Shown: positions 8,348 to 17,705 of the stretch, piece by piece
Layout of the letters: each line of letters opens with the position of its first letter
Numbering within the stretch: the stretch's first letter is position 1
IMG/VR virus record: IMGVR_UViG_3300009164_000055
Source of the DNA: a virus
Lineage: Duplodnaviria > Heunggongvirae > Uroviricota > Caudoviricetes
Strand: one strand, 5' to 3'
Length of the DNA: 64,000 nucleotides
Position numbers and translations under genes: made by a program
The notes under the pieces: generated by a model
Seen by the model: the letters and a program-made list of their open reading frames with translations, nothing else
What the model was told of the DNA's origin: nothing
Databases searched by the model: none

Positions 8348-10885
8348 ATGATCAAGAATAATAACTACCTAGACAGTCTATCAAAGAGCCTACTTGCTGA
8401 CGTTCGTGGTGTCATGGAAGGCAAGAAGAAAGCATGTAAGTGCGACAATAATTGCTCTTGTGGAAAAATGGACAATGAAAAGTCTGAAAAGAAAGCCGAC
8501 GATGAAAATGCTGAAATGAAGACTGAAGCTTATATTAAAAAGCCGCCAAAGGGCGATTATAAAAAGCCTGGCCAAAGAGTATCTGGCACTATTGGAAATG
8601 GCTATGTAGTTCATGGCTATAGGAATGATGATAATGTTGATAGAATTCATTATAAAGTAAAACTAATGCATAAGCCTGACGATGAATATAAAAAAGACTT
8701 TCCAGAAGCAAAATGGCAAGAACGTAAAGATGAACCAGAACATCCAAAGAAGTTTGGTTCAAAAGTTCGAGCATTTGCCTTCGCAAGAAAGCTTAGAGCC
8801 GAAAGAGATTCACAGACAAATGAAGCTTATGATGAGGTTGCTGTAAACAAGGCAATCAGTTCTTCAAATCGTTCTGGTAAAAAGATCAGTCCTAAAGCAG
8901 CAAGGAATATTCACGCTCTTCTAAAGGGTTCATCTGGCTACGCTGCAAAAAAGAATGCTGAAGAAACAAAGAAGACTTTTCCTAACGTAAAGCACCTTAC
9001 AAAGGATGGCCATCCTGATTGGAAGAAGCATGGCATGGGCGAAGAAGTTGAAATTGAAGAAGGTGAAGAAAAGGGCGGTGGTTATAATGCTCCAAAGTCC
9101 AGAGGAACTGAATTGACATATAAAAAGGTTCTTGGCCAACACACCGTTCATAAAGGCAATACTTTTCATAGATCATTCCCATCAGAAATCGAAGCAATGA
9201 ATTATGTTAAAAAGAATCAAAGCAACGAGCCTAAGAAGAAAACTTATTCTTATAATGAAGAAGCTGAACTTGACGAAGCATATTATTCTCAAGGTAGAAA
9301 TCCATACACAATTAAAAGAGTTGATGGCAAAGATGTAACAGTTAGCAAGCCTAAGCCTTTAAAAGGCAATGCTGCTATTAGAGCAGCTATGGCTGCTTCT
9401 GATGAAAGAATGAAGGCCAAAAAAGATGCTGAAAAGATTGATGAAGCCAAGGCTGAAAGCCCAATCAAAGGCACTCGTCTAATTTCAAAGCATCAAGGCA
9501 AAGATGGTCATCACGCAGAAGTTCGTTTTAATCCAGATTACAACGAATATCAAGTTCATCACTATGAAGGTGGTAAGCATATGGGTGAAGGTCCAGTTTC
9601 TTATCATGGCGAAGGCAAGGAAGGTAGAGAAGACGCTACTCATACTGCTGAGTATGAAGTAAAGAACTATCGTCCTAAGAATGGTTCTCTTCAAAAAGAA
9701 GCTTTAGAGCCTTGGATGAAAGAAAAGGATGCTGTAGACGGTACTGTTCCTGCTTACATGCGTAAGAAGAAGCATGAAGATGAAATGAAGAAGGCTACAG
9801 GCGGTCCTGCTGTTCGTACTGCTAAGAATGAAGAAGTCGAACTTGATGAAATTAGTCATAAAATACGTAGTAGCTGGTTATCTAAAACCTTTAACAATCA
9901 TTTCAATCATCGTGTAGATGATAGCGCCACTGCTTCGGGTTGGAGAATAGACCCACCTTTAAAAGGACCAATGTCAGATTCTCGTCTAAAAATTTATAAA
10001 ATAGCTAGTGATAAAGCTGAAAAGCAGAACTCGAAAGATTATCAAAATCATGTACGTAAGAAGCGTGAAGAACATACTCCTAAAGTTCATGATCTACGTC
10101 ACATGGATCATGACGAAGTATATGACCACACTCAGACTAGCGATAAAATTAAGGATGGAGATGTTATGCGTGTCAAAAATGGCACTGCTGCTCTAATTGG
10201 TGCATGGCCAACAATGATTCACGGTAAAAGTGATGTTCTTCATAGCTTCAAGCCTGGCACTTCTATTAAGACAATTGATGACGGTACATATCATAAGACT
10301 TCTGACCTAGCTGATCGAACTCATGGTATTAAAGAAGAAGTCGAGGTGGTCGATAATGAATTCAATAGAACTAATTATAAGCATTTAATTGGTAAAAGAT
10401 ATTCAGATGAAAAAGCACCGTCATATGCAAGAGTAAAGAAGATTGATAAACCTTTAGTTGGTGATCAACATAAGCTTGACAAGAACAAGAATGGTAGGCT
10501 CGACACACAAGACTTCAAGATGGTTCGTAAGGAAGAGACAATTGAAGAGAAGCTAAATCCTTCTATGGGTACTGCTAAATACATCGAAGACTTTGTTAAG
10601 TCAAAAGACCCTCGCTTTGAAGGTAAAACAAAGAAAGAACGTATTAAAATGGCGCTTGGTGCATACTATGGTGCCAAGAATGAATCAGTAGAAACTGAAG
10701 AAGTTGATACTATTGAAGAAGCCTATGGCAAAAAGAGGGATCATAAGCCATTACATATTATAGTAGGTGGCAGGTATATCGCTACAACAACTTGGGCAAA
10801 GAATGCAGAGGAAGCCAAAGCAAGGTTCCTTAAGTCACATCCAGAGCACAAGGATAAAAGAATTACTGTAGAGACAGAACGCTAA
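8348..10885 (+). CDS. large Lys/Glu-rich hypothetical protein
   Basis: 845 aa after trimming TTG start to ATG with SD GGAGAAG. Confidence 0.4.
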   Translation: MIKNNNYLDSLSKSLLADVRGVMEGKKKACKCDNNCSCGKMDNEKSEKKADDENAEMKTEAYIKKPPKGDYKKPGQRVSGTIGNGYVVHGYRNDDNVDRIHYKVKLMHKPDDEYKKDFPEAKWQERKDEPEHPKKFGSKVRAFAFARKLRAERDSQTNEAYDEVAVNKAISSSNRSGKKISPKAARNIHALLKGSSGYAAKKNAEETKKTFPNVKHLTKDGHPDWKKHGMGEEVEIEEGEEKGGGYNAPKSRGTELTYKKVLGQHTVHKGNTFHRSFPSEIEAMNYVKKNQSNEPKKKTYSYNEEAELDEAYYSQGRNPYTIKRVDGKDVTVSKPKPLKGNAAIRAAMAASDERMKAKKDAEKIDEAKAESPIKGTRLISKHQGKDGHHAEVRFNPDYNEYQVHHYEGGKHMGEGPVSYHGEGKEGREDATHTAEYEVKNYRPKNGSLQKEALEPWMKEKDAVDGTVPAYMRKKKHEDEMKKATGGPAVRTAKNEEVELDEISHKIRSSWLSKTFNNHFNHRVDDSATASGWRIDPPLKGPMSDSRLKIYKIASDKAEKQNSKDYQNHVRKKREEHTPKVHDLRHMDHDEVYDHTQTSDKIKDGDVMRVKNGTAALIGAWPTMIHGKSDVLHSFKPGTSIKTIDDGTYHKTSDLADRTHGIKEEVEVVDNEFNRTNYKHLIGKRYSDEKAPSYARVKKIDKPLVGDQHKLDKNKNGRLDTQDFKMVRKEETIEEKLNPSMGTAKYIEDFVKSKDPRFEGKTKKERIKMALGAYYGAKNESVETEEVDTIEEAYGKKRDHKPLHIIVGGRYIATTTWAKNAEEAKARFLKSHPEHKDKRITVETER

Positions 10886-10930
10886 TATTATAAATATTAC
10901 AAGAAACAATTTCTAAACGGAGAAGAAAAA

Positions 10931-11533
10931 ATGAGCCAATTGGGCATGATCGATAGAGCAAATAACTCACCACTTTTTGCTGCATCACTAGTAAACTTAA
11001 CACCATCTGCTGCTAATGCAAACAATGTTTTTGGTAACACAACTTTTGGTGTGTTCCTTAATAATGGCGTTGCAATGAAAAAGGCATTTGGTACATTCGG
11101 CATTAGTACTGTTGAAGCGGGTAATACTGTTTCTGGTGGTACGAAGGCAGCACACGCTGGTTGGAATACAAGAACAGCATTCACTGGTTATCTTGCAACT
11201 CTCACTGTTGCTACTGTAGGTAAGCTCTACACAAACGGTGATATCGTTACAGTAGCTCCTAGTGGTGGTACTCTAGTCAGTTCCAATGCTACTGCTGTTA
11301 TTACAACCAATGCATCAGGTAATATCGTTTCAACATCAATCACATCAGGCGGTGCTGGATTTATTACAGCAGCACCTACAGCTATCACTGTAGCGAACTC
11401 AACTGGTGGTGCAACAACTGGTAGTAACGCAGTATTTACTGCTGTTGCTGGTGGTCGTGCAGGACGTGTTCAGCTAGAGACTTTAGTTGCCGCTGGTTCA
11501 ATCACTGGTGATGGTGACGGAACATTATTCTAA
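10931..11533 (+). CDS. Ala/Thr/Gly-rich hypothetical structural protein
   Basis: 200 aa, low-complexity ATGS-rich; SD GGAGAAG. Confidence 0.4.
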   Translation: MSQLGMIDRANNSPLFAASLVNLTPSAANANNVFGNTTFGVFLNNGVAMKKAFGTFGISTVEAGNTVSGGTKAAHAGWNTRTAFTGYLATLTVATVGKLYTNGDIVTVAPSGGTLVSSNATAVITTNASGNIVSTSITSGGAGFITAAPTAITVANSTGGATTGSNAVFTAVAGGRAGRVQLETLVAAGSITGDGDGTLF

Positions 11534-11544
11534 TTTTGAAATAT

Positions 11545-11568
11545 GGGGTGGTTTAGGCCACCCCTTTT
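11545..11568 (+). terminator. rho-independent terminator
   Basis: GGGGTGG...CCACCCC stem then TTTTATT. Confidence 0.55.
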
Positions 11569-11585
11569 ATTAAGTATAAAAAAGC

Positions 11586-11969
11586 ATGAATTATGAAAAG
11601 CTTGACTCGAATAACTTTGTATTATTTGCTGCGAAACATTACGACAATCCGCAGTGTCATGATACAACAGAATTCTATGATGACTTAAAAAGATTTAAGT
11701 ATCTTAAAAGATTATTTGTTAAATATCACGAAACTAGTGAGTTGCGTGAGCGTTTAATACTAAATCATTTAATTATATTATACAATGTTTTTGGCGAAGC
11801 TACAACAAGAATGTTGTTTCTGAAGCTTGAAGGTCATTATTCATATTTAAAGCCATTCATTGTCATGCTTGGTCATATGCCTGATAAAATTGTGGTAGAA
11901 AACCGATTGTATTATAGCAGTGACATTTCAATGGACAGTCATATTGTAGAAGTTTTAAGGAAAATTTAA
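11586..11969 (+). CDS. hypothetical protein
   Basis: 127 aa. Confidence 0.4.
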   Translation: MNYEKLDSNNFVLFAAKHYDNPQCHDTTEFYDDLKRFKYLKRLFVKYHETSELRERLILNHLIILYNVFGEATTRMLFLKLEGHYSYLKPFIVMLGHMPDKIVVENRLYYSSDISMDSHIVEVLRKI

Positions 11970-12487
11970 TGGCAAAATCTGTAGATAAAGGCGAATACGA
12001 CTACGAAGGTGATATGGCCATGTCACAGCTTAAGAGTGTTATGAGAAATGCTCAGAAGATTCATGACATGCTAAGCCCTGATACAAATCTTCCTGAATGG
12101 GTTCAATCAAAAATTACCTTGGCTGAAGACTATATCACAACTGCTGCTAATTATCTTCAAAGTGAAGATGTAAATGAGTCGAATAATAAACCATACGTAA
12201 AACCATTTATGCATACTGGTAGTGACAAACAAGCAGGATGGAAAGCTTCAAATAAGCATGGTAAGTTAAAGTTTTTTGGTCTTGAATTTAAAAAATCTGC
12301 TGAGAAACATGCTGGTATTACCACTGAAGATGCTAGTGGAGCACCAGTAAATTCAACTGGTCCTGCTGTATATGGAACTAACAAGGGTGATGCTCCTCCA
12401 ATGTTCCCTAAAGCAATTGAAAAGTATAAGAAGAGCAATCAACCTCTCAAGCGTAAATCACTAGAGCAATTCCGAAAGGGAAACTAA
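11969..12487 (+). CDS. hypothetical protein
   Basis: 172 aa, TAATG overlap. Confidence 0.4.
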   Translation: MAKSVDKGEYDYEGDMAMSQLKSVMRNAQKIHDMLSPDTNLPEWVQSKITLAEDYITTAANYLQSEDVNESNNKPYVKPFMHTGSDKQAGWKASNKHGKLKFFGLEFKKSAEKHAGITTEDASGAPVNSTGPAVYGTNKGDAPPMFPKAIEKYKKSNQPLKRKSLEQFRKGN

Positions 12488-12488
12488 T

Positions 12489-13004
12489 ATGTTTGGTATG
12501 ATCCCATTCCCTGTTAAAATTCTTGCTATTATCTTTATTATATTGGGTGCTGCTGGTTGGGGGTATATGAAAGGCTCCGCACATGCAGAGATTGAACTTG
12601 CTAACTATCATGCCAAAGCAGAGAAACAAATCTCTGAGCTTAAGACAGAAAATGCAACCATCTCAAGTAAAGTTGTAACCGAATATGTTGATCGTGTCAA
12701 CACAATTCATGACAAAGAAATCATCTATAAGACTGCTACTGCAAAGATGGAACCACAGCATGATATGTCTAATGGCTGGATTGAACTTCACGATGCTTCT
12801 GCCAGACTAGCTAATCCTGATGCAATCTTAGCATCTGATAAGTCACCATCCGGTATAATGGATAACTCTGCATTAGCAGTTGTGATTGGTAACTATGCAG
12901 TATGCCACGAGAATAAACAGCAACTAATCAGTCTACAAAAGTGGATTGCAGATAATAAAACAGCGATTGATGCTGCTAACCTTAAAGCACCAAAGGGGAA
13001 ATGA
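12489..13004 (+). CDS. Rz-like inner-membrane spanin candidate
   Basis: N-terminal TM helix (ILAIIFIILGAAGWGY) then coiled-coil periplasmic region; C-terminal QQLISLQKWI resembles lambda Rz; overlaps downstream lipoprotein gene. Confidence 0.45.
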   Translation: MFGMIPFPVKILAIIFIILGAAGWGYMKGSAHAEIELANYHAKAEKQISELKTENATISSKVVTEYVDRVNTIHDKEIIYKTATAKMEPQHDMSNGWIELHDASARLANPDAILASDKSPSGIMDNSALAVVIGNYAVCHENKQQLISLQKWIADNKTAIDAANLKAPKGK

Positions 13005-13198
13005 TTATGAAAAGGTTGATTATATTATTACCTTTAGTGTTGCTCATGGGATGTGCTGGTAAGACACGTCTAGTGCCACAGGCTTACATGCCAGAGCCAC
13101 CAGAAATTCTTATGAAAGCACCTAAAGAACTAAATACGATTAAAGTCAATAAGACTTCCGTTATTATTAACAATACAGAAAAAGGTGAACCAAAATGA
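13001..13198 (+). CDS. Rz1-like outer-membrane spanin lipoprotein candidate
   Basis: signal peptide with lipobox LLMGC, Pro-rich short mature part (PQAYMPEPPEI). Confidence 0.45.
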   Translation: MIMKRLIILLPLVLLMGCAGKTRLVPQAYMPEPPEILMKAPKELNTIKVNKTSVIINNTEKGEPK

Positions 13199-13494
13199 GT
13201 CTATGGGAAAAAATTAAAGCTTTCTTCAATACAACTAAAGGCCCAACTATCGTTGAGCAATTTAAGGAAATCATTGAAGAAGAAAAAACTATCGCAAAAA
13301 ATGTCGAAGCTGTTGTTGAAGCTTCAATTAATAAAGTTGAAGAAATTATCAAAACAGAAGTAAAGGCTGTAGAAACTTCTATTCATAAAGCTGAAGAAGC
13401 TGTCAAGGTAGAAGTAAAGGCTGTTAACGATCAGATTACTGATGCAGTAACACAAGCTAAGGCTATCGTAAAGAAGCCACGCAAGAAAAAGTAA
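13195..13494 (+). CDS. hypothetical coiled-coil protein
   Basis: 99 aa, repeats of KAVE/KVE heptads. Confidence 0.35.
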   Translation: MSLWEKIKAFFNTTKGPTIVEQFKEIIEEEKTIAKNVEAVVEASINKVEEIIKTEVKAVETSIHKAEEAVKVEVKAVNDQITDAVTQAKAIVKKPRKKK

Positions 13495-13503
13495 GGGACA
13501 ACA

Positions 13504-13755
13504 ATGAAGAGCGTAATCGATTACATTAAGGGCGTACTTGCTGATGGTAAGGGATCGCCTTCTTCAAAAAGAGTAATCACATTTCTTTTTGCAGTATTGT
13601 TGGGAGTGGCATTCGTTGCCAATCTATTCTATGGATACCATGTAGATAAAGAACTTCTTGATTCAGTAATGTATATCGTGATCGCAGGATTTGGCTTTAC
13701 AGGCATTGAGAAGTTTGCTCCTAATGGTATAGCGGGGGCTTCGACAGCACAATGA
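13504..13755 (+). CDS. small two-TM membrane protein (holin-class candidate)
   Basis: 83 aa with two hydrophobic helices, adjacent to spanin pair. Confidence 0.3.
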   Translation: MKSVIDYIKGVLADGKGSPSSKRVITFLFAVLLGVAFVANLFYGYHVDKELLDSVMYIVIAGFGFTGIEKFAPNGIAGASTAQ

Positions 13756-14234
13756 CAACAGATAGTGACGTTAAGAAGTTATCAGAGAACGTAGCTTCCC
13801 TACAAAAAGATATGGCACAAGTCGGAACTTTGGTGGACCGTCTTGACGTTACTATTGAAAAACTAACAGAAGTGTCAACGGCTGTATCTCAGCTATTAGC
13901 AGTTCAAGGCAATCGTCTTGAGTTTCAAGAAAAAGTTCAAGAGAGATTAGAGAAGATGGTTGAAACTCGTCGTAGCGAAACAGATAAAAGTATCAAAGAT
14001 GTTTATATTCGTATTGAAAATGTAGAAAGAGGACTACAGGAAGATATGGATGATGGATATAACAAGATTGCTGGTAAAATTGAACAACTTAGTAAAGAAG
14101 GTACAGATCAGCATAAGGTACTAAATGACCGTATGACACGCATGGAAAAGTGGATGTGGATGCTCGTTGGCGGCGGTATTGTTATCGGAACTCTCTTCAA
14201 TCATCTCAAACTACCAGTACTTTTCGGGGGCTAA
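13752..14234 (+). CDS. coiled-coil protein with C-terminal TM anchor
   Basis: 160 aa; C-terminal WMWMLVGGGIVIGTLF. Confidence 0.35.
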   Translation: MTTDSDVKKLSENVASLQKDMAQVGTLVDRLDVTIEKLTEVSTAVSQLLAVQGNRLEFQEKVQERLEKMVETRRSETDKSIKDVYIRIENVERGLQEDMDDGYNKIAGKIEQLSKEGTDQHKVLNDRMTRMEKWMWMLVGGGIVIGTLFNHLKLPVLFGG

Positions 14235-14243
14235 CCTTTCTCC

Positions 14244-14272
14244 TTGACTCATTATAGCCGGATTGTTATAAT
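14244..14272 (+). promoter_or_regulatory. sigma70-type promoter TTGACT-N17-TATAAT upstream of primase gene
   Basis: exact consensus hexamers with 17 nt spacer. Confidence 0.5.
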
Positions 14273-14322
14273 CTGATTGTTGATACGAAATATATTCGAA
14301 TCATTTATATAATGGAAAACAA

Positions 14323-15351
14323 GTGGATTGGTTAGATAGAAAATATATTGGTTTCATATCCAATAGACTCCGCAACTATAAGCAGAAGTCACAGAATTTA
14401 TATAATTTCTCGTGTCCCATTTGCGGAGATTCCAAAACAGATAAGAGAAAAGCACGTGCTTACTTCTATGAAAAGAAGGGTAAGGCATGGATGTGCTGTC
14501 ACAACTGTGGTGTTGGTATGACAGTCGATAAGCTTGTCAAGCATCTAGACCAAGGTCTATATAATGAATATGTCAAAGAGCGTATGGTTGCTAATGGGCA
14601 AGAACGTAAAAAGACGGATGTTGAACTCTTCGCTGAAAAGATGAAGAAACCAAAGTTCATGAAGTCAAGTCCTTTGATGAAACTCAAAAAAGTATCTTTA
14701 CTCAATCCTGTCGGTCCAACACGTATGTATGTTGATGGTCGTAAAATTCCCACGTCTATGCATCACAAATTGTTTTATTGCAAGAACTTTAAGGCATGGG
14801 TGAACAGTTTTCTACCGGGTAAGTTTGAGCATGAAGACAATGATGAGGCTCGTTTGATCATTCCATTCATCGATCAAGATGGAGAGTTTTTTGGTCTTCA
14901 GGGTCGTTCACTGGCTAAGGAAAGCAACCTACGATACATCACGATCATTCTTGATGAGGATCAGCCAAAGATTTATGGTCTAGATAGTGTCAAACTGGAT
15001 AGACCTATATATGTGGTAGAAGGCCCAATTGATTCGATGTTTATTCCAAACGCTATCGCATCTGCTGGTAGTGATCTTATCTCTAACTTAAGGCAGGTTA
15101 ACACCGATAAGAGCAATTTTATTATTGTGTTTGATAATGAACCACGAAACAAGGAAATCGTAAAGAAGATAGAAAAGGCAATCGATCAAGGGTATAAGGT
15201 TTGTTTATGGCCTGAAACAATTGCAGAAAAAGATATTAATGATATGATTCTTGCTGGACTAACGTCGAAAAAAATTGTTGACATTATAAATGAGAATACA
15301 TACAATGACCTTTCGGCAAAAATGAAATTTGCAACATGGAAGAAAATTTAA
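14323..15351 (+). CDS. 61: DNA primase, T4 gp61 type
   Basis: 342 aa (same as T4 gp61); CPICGDSKTDKRKARAYFY zinc ribbon, RLIIPFID, QGRSLAK, YITIILDE, IYVVEGPIDSMFI, VFDNEPRN, DINDMI all align with T4 gp61. Confidence 0.85.
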   Translation: MDWLDRKYIGFISNRLRNYKQKSQNLYNFSCPICGDSKTDKRKARAYFYEKKGKAWMCCHNCGVGMTVDKLVKHLDQGLYNEYVKERMVANGQERKKTDVELFAEKMKKPKFMKSSPLMKLKKVSLLNPVGPTRMYVDGRKIPTSMHHKLFYCKNFKAWVNSFLPGKFEHEDNDEARLIIPFIDQDGEFFGLQGRSLAKESNLRYITIILDEDQPKIYGLDSVKLDRPIYVVEGPIDSMFIPNAIASAGSDLISNLRQVNTDKSNFIIVFDNEPRNKEIVKKIEKAIDQGYKVCLWPETIAEKDINDMILAGLTSKKIVDIINENTYNDLSAKMKFATWKKI

Positions 15352-15613
15352 TATGATTACAGATCGTTCTATTGAAACTATAGAAAAGTTCCCCGTTGAT
15401 CCAGATGGGCATATTCTCTATATCGTGTACAATAAGGATATGGTTCGTGCTGCTGAAGATTTGATTTCTGAAGTTCACGGTAAAGACTATTTTGATAATT
15501 TTGTATCAGTTACTCCTATTGGTGGAAAACTTAAGCCTAGCTTAGAAGGCAAGAGATGTATGATGTATTTTGATCCTATGTTTCATGCTCATAATGGAAA
15601 CGGATATAACTGA
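15329..15613 (+). CDS. hypothetical protein
   Basis: 94 aa. Confidence 0.35.
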   Translation: MQHGRKFNMITDRSIETIEKFPVDPDGHILYIVYNKDMVRAAEDLISEVHGKDYFDNFVSVTPIGGKLKPSLEGKRCMMYFDPMFHAHNGNGYN

Positions 15614-15749
15614 TGTGGCGCAGGTTTCTTTGCCGTATTGGATGGCACTGGTGGACACCATGGGATACTCCTAGAGCTATTCCTGATGGGCGTTCTCAGC
15701 AATTCCGTATGTGCAAAGTATGTAACAAACAACAAAGGTATATTTTCTA

Positions 15750-16115
15750 ATGAAGGTTATTATTGCGGGTAGTCGTAAAGTTGATGACTACAGCCTTATT
15801 ATTGAAGCGGTTAAGCGTTCTGGTTACAACATTACTGAAGTGGTGTGTGGCTGTGCTATTGGTATTGATCGCCTTGGTGAGAAATGGGCTATTGCAAATA
15901 ATATACCTATTAAGGAAATGCCAGCAGATTGGAACCGCAACGGCAAAGCTGCTGGTCCTATGCGTAATCGTGATATGGCAGAATATGCTGATGCTGCTAT
16001 TGTCGTTTGGGATGGTAAGTCACCCGGCACTCGCAACATGATTGAGAATATGATTCGCAGAAAGAAGCCTTATTATGTTGCGTTAACTTCAACAACATTA
16101 GAGGATTTCATTTAA
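15750..16115 (+). CDS. SLOG-superfamily (DUF2493/DprA-like Rossmann) protein
   Basis: IIAGSR...GCAIGIDRLGE...DAAIVVWDGKSPGTRNMI pattern. Confidence 0.45.
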   Translation: MKVIIAGSRKVDDYSLIIEAVKRSGYNITEVVCGCAIGIDRLGEKWAIANNIPIKEMPADWNRNGKAAGPMRNRDMAEYADAAIVVWDGKSPGTRNMIENMIRRKKPYYVALTSTTLEDFI

Positions 16116-16384
16116 TGGATATTTACAAAACAGATATGGCAGAATTGGGTCTTGAATACGTTCAATGGCCCATTACTGCTGTTCGTATACATAGAACAGA
16201 TGGTCAGTGGCTTGTAGAGTATAAGCGTAAGCCAAAGTGGTATTTTGATCAATGGTGGTGGTTCAATGACGGTAAGTTTGTTGACTATACAGACGCACAG
16301 GATCGTGCTGGTAAGCTAGCTGCACAAGGCTATACTATTTCTACTCGCTATCGCACTGATTATATACAGGTGAATAATGACTAA
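16115..16384 (+). CDS. hypothetical protein
   Basis: 89 aa. Confidence 0.35.
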   Translation: MDIYKTDMAELGLEYVQWPITAVRIHRTDGQWLVEYKRKPKWYFDQWWWFNDGKFVDYTDAQDRAGKLAAQGYTISTRYRTDYIQVNND

Positions 16385-16534
16385 TAATACTGCCGTGATG
16401 AGCGTTTTATTATATAACGCTATCGTAATAGGTATTATGACATTTTTGTTTGTTCATTTTGAAAATGGTTGGCCAGTATTGATGGTATTCCTACTTGCTA
16501 ATTTTAGCACTGATGATAAAAAGGGAGGTTCTTA

Positions 16535-16705
16535 ATGAGCAAAGTTAATTGTATAGCATGTGATGATACACCAGAGCCAGCCATGTATATCCGCTATACA
16601 CAATTTGCGGGTGATCATCCTTTGTGCGAAAAACACGCAAAAGAAGATAAAAATTTTATGAATGATGATGATTATGCTTTTTGGGAGGTGATAGAAAGTG
16701 ACTAA
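16535..16705 (+). CDS. small zinc-ribbon-like protein (56 aa, below ORF-track cutoff)
   Basis: strong SD AAGGGAGG 5 nt upstream of ATG; CIACDD...PLCEKH. Confidence 0.4.
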   Translation: MSKVNCIACDDTPEPAMYIRYTQFAGDHPLCEKHAKEDKNFMNDDDYAFWEVIESD

Positions 16706-16853
16706 AGAAGAACTTGATGTAAAATGTAGAGACGTAGCCAAGAGACTTGATGAAGCTTCTATTGATGATTTTGAATTGATGAAGAAACTATTAAAAGAAA
16801 CTGAAGAGTTGCGTTTAGAATTTGTTAAACTATATGGATTAGATGATGAGTGA
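16698..16853 (+). CDS. small acidic protein (51 aa, GTG start)
   Basis: SD TGGGAGG upstream; ends overlapping thyX start. Confidence 0.25.
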   Translation: MTKEELDVKCRDVAKRLDEASIDDFELMKKLLKETEELRLEFVKLYGLDDE

Positions 16854-17547
16854 AGTGAATCTAGTTGGCATTACACAGCCAAATTATAAATATACAGGTT
16901 GCGATACTGCACAGGAACTAATTGGTTGGTGTGCTCGTATTTCAAATCCTGCTAATCAACAAAAGCACAGTACAGCACCAAAGTTGATCCAATCATTACT
17001 ACGTGATAAGCATTGGTCGCCACTAGAAATGGTTGATGCATCAATGGAAATCAAGACCACACGTGATATTGCACGTCAAATCTTGCGTCATCATTCATTC
17101 TCATTCCAAGAGTATAGCCAGCGTTACGCTGATCCTACCAAGGATTTAGGCTTTGTCACAAGAGAAGCAAGACTTCAAGATGCCAAGAACCGTCAGAATT
17201 CCATTGAAACTGAAGACACTGAGCTTCAAACAGAATGGAATATGAGACAACGAAAGGTAATGTCAGAGGCTCTGATCCAGTATCGTTGGGCTATTGAAAA
17301 TGGTATTGCAAAGGAACAGGCTCGTGCTGTACTTCCTGAAGGTAACACCGAATCAACTATAATTATGAAGGGTTCACTTCGTTCTTGGGTACACTATTGT
17401 GATCTACGTATGAAGTGGGACACACAGAAAGAACACCGTATTGTTGCTAAACAGTGCTGGAACATTATTGAAGAACAATTTCCAGATATCAAGATTGCTC
17501 TTGACAATATTAAAGCATGGCAGGAATTTGAAAGAAAGCTTCCATGA
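16843..17547 (+). CDS. thyX: flavin-dependent thymidylate synthase ThyX
   Basis: RHHSFSFQEYSQRY = ThyX motif RHRxxSxxxxSxR; 234 aa. Confidence 0.85.
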   Translation: MMSEVNLVGITQPNYKYTGCDTAQELIGWCARISNPANQQKHSTAPKLIQSLLRDKHWSPLEMVDASMEIKTTRDIARQILRHHSFSFQEYSQRYADPTKDLGFVTREARLQDAKNRQNSIETEDTELQTEWNMRQRKVMSEALIQYRWAIENGIAKEQARAVLPEGNTESTIIMKGSLRSWVHYCDLRMKWDTQKEHRIVAKQCWNIIEEQFPDIKIALDNIKAWQEFERKLP

Positions 17548-17702
17548 CTAAGGTAACGGTAGAATTTGATGAAGATTTGCAAGAATATTACATCTCTTCA
17601 TCAATATTAGAAAAACATTTTGATGTAGGGGATACTGTCGAATGGACAGAACAATCTACAGGCGTATACATATTAACCAAAGTAAAAGATAAAGGCGAAT
17701 AA
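17544..17702 (+). CDS. small hypothetical protein (52 aa)
   Basis: ATGA overlap with thyX stop; fills gap before nrdA. Confidence 0.3.
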   Translation: MTKVTVEFDEDLQEYYISSSILEKHFDVGDTVEWTEQSTGVYILTKVKDKGE

Positions 17703-17705
17703 TAA

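Noticed and set aside
16532-16741. Minus-strand 69-aa ORF
   Set aside because: It is antisense to two small + strand ORFs that have strong Shine-Dalgarno sequences, the first being GGGAGG.
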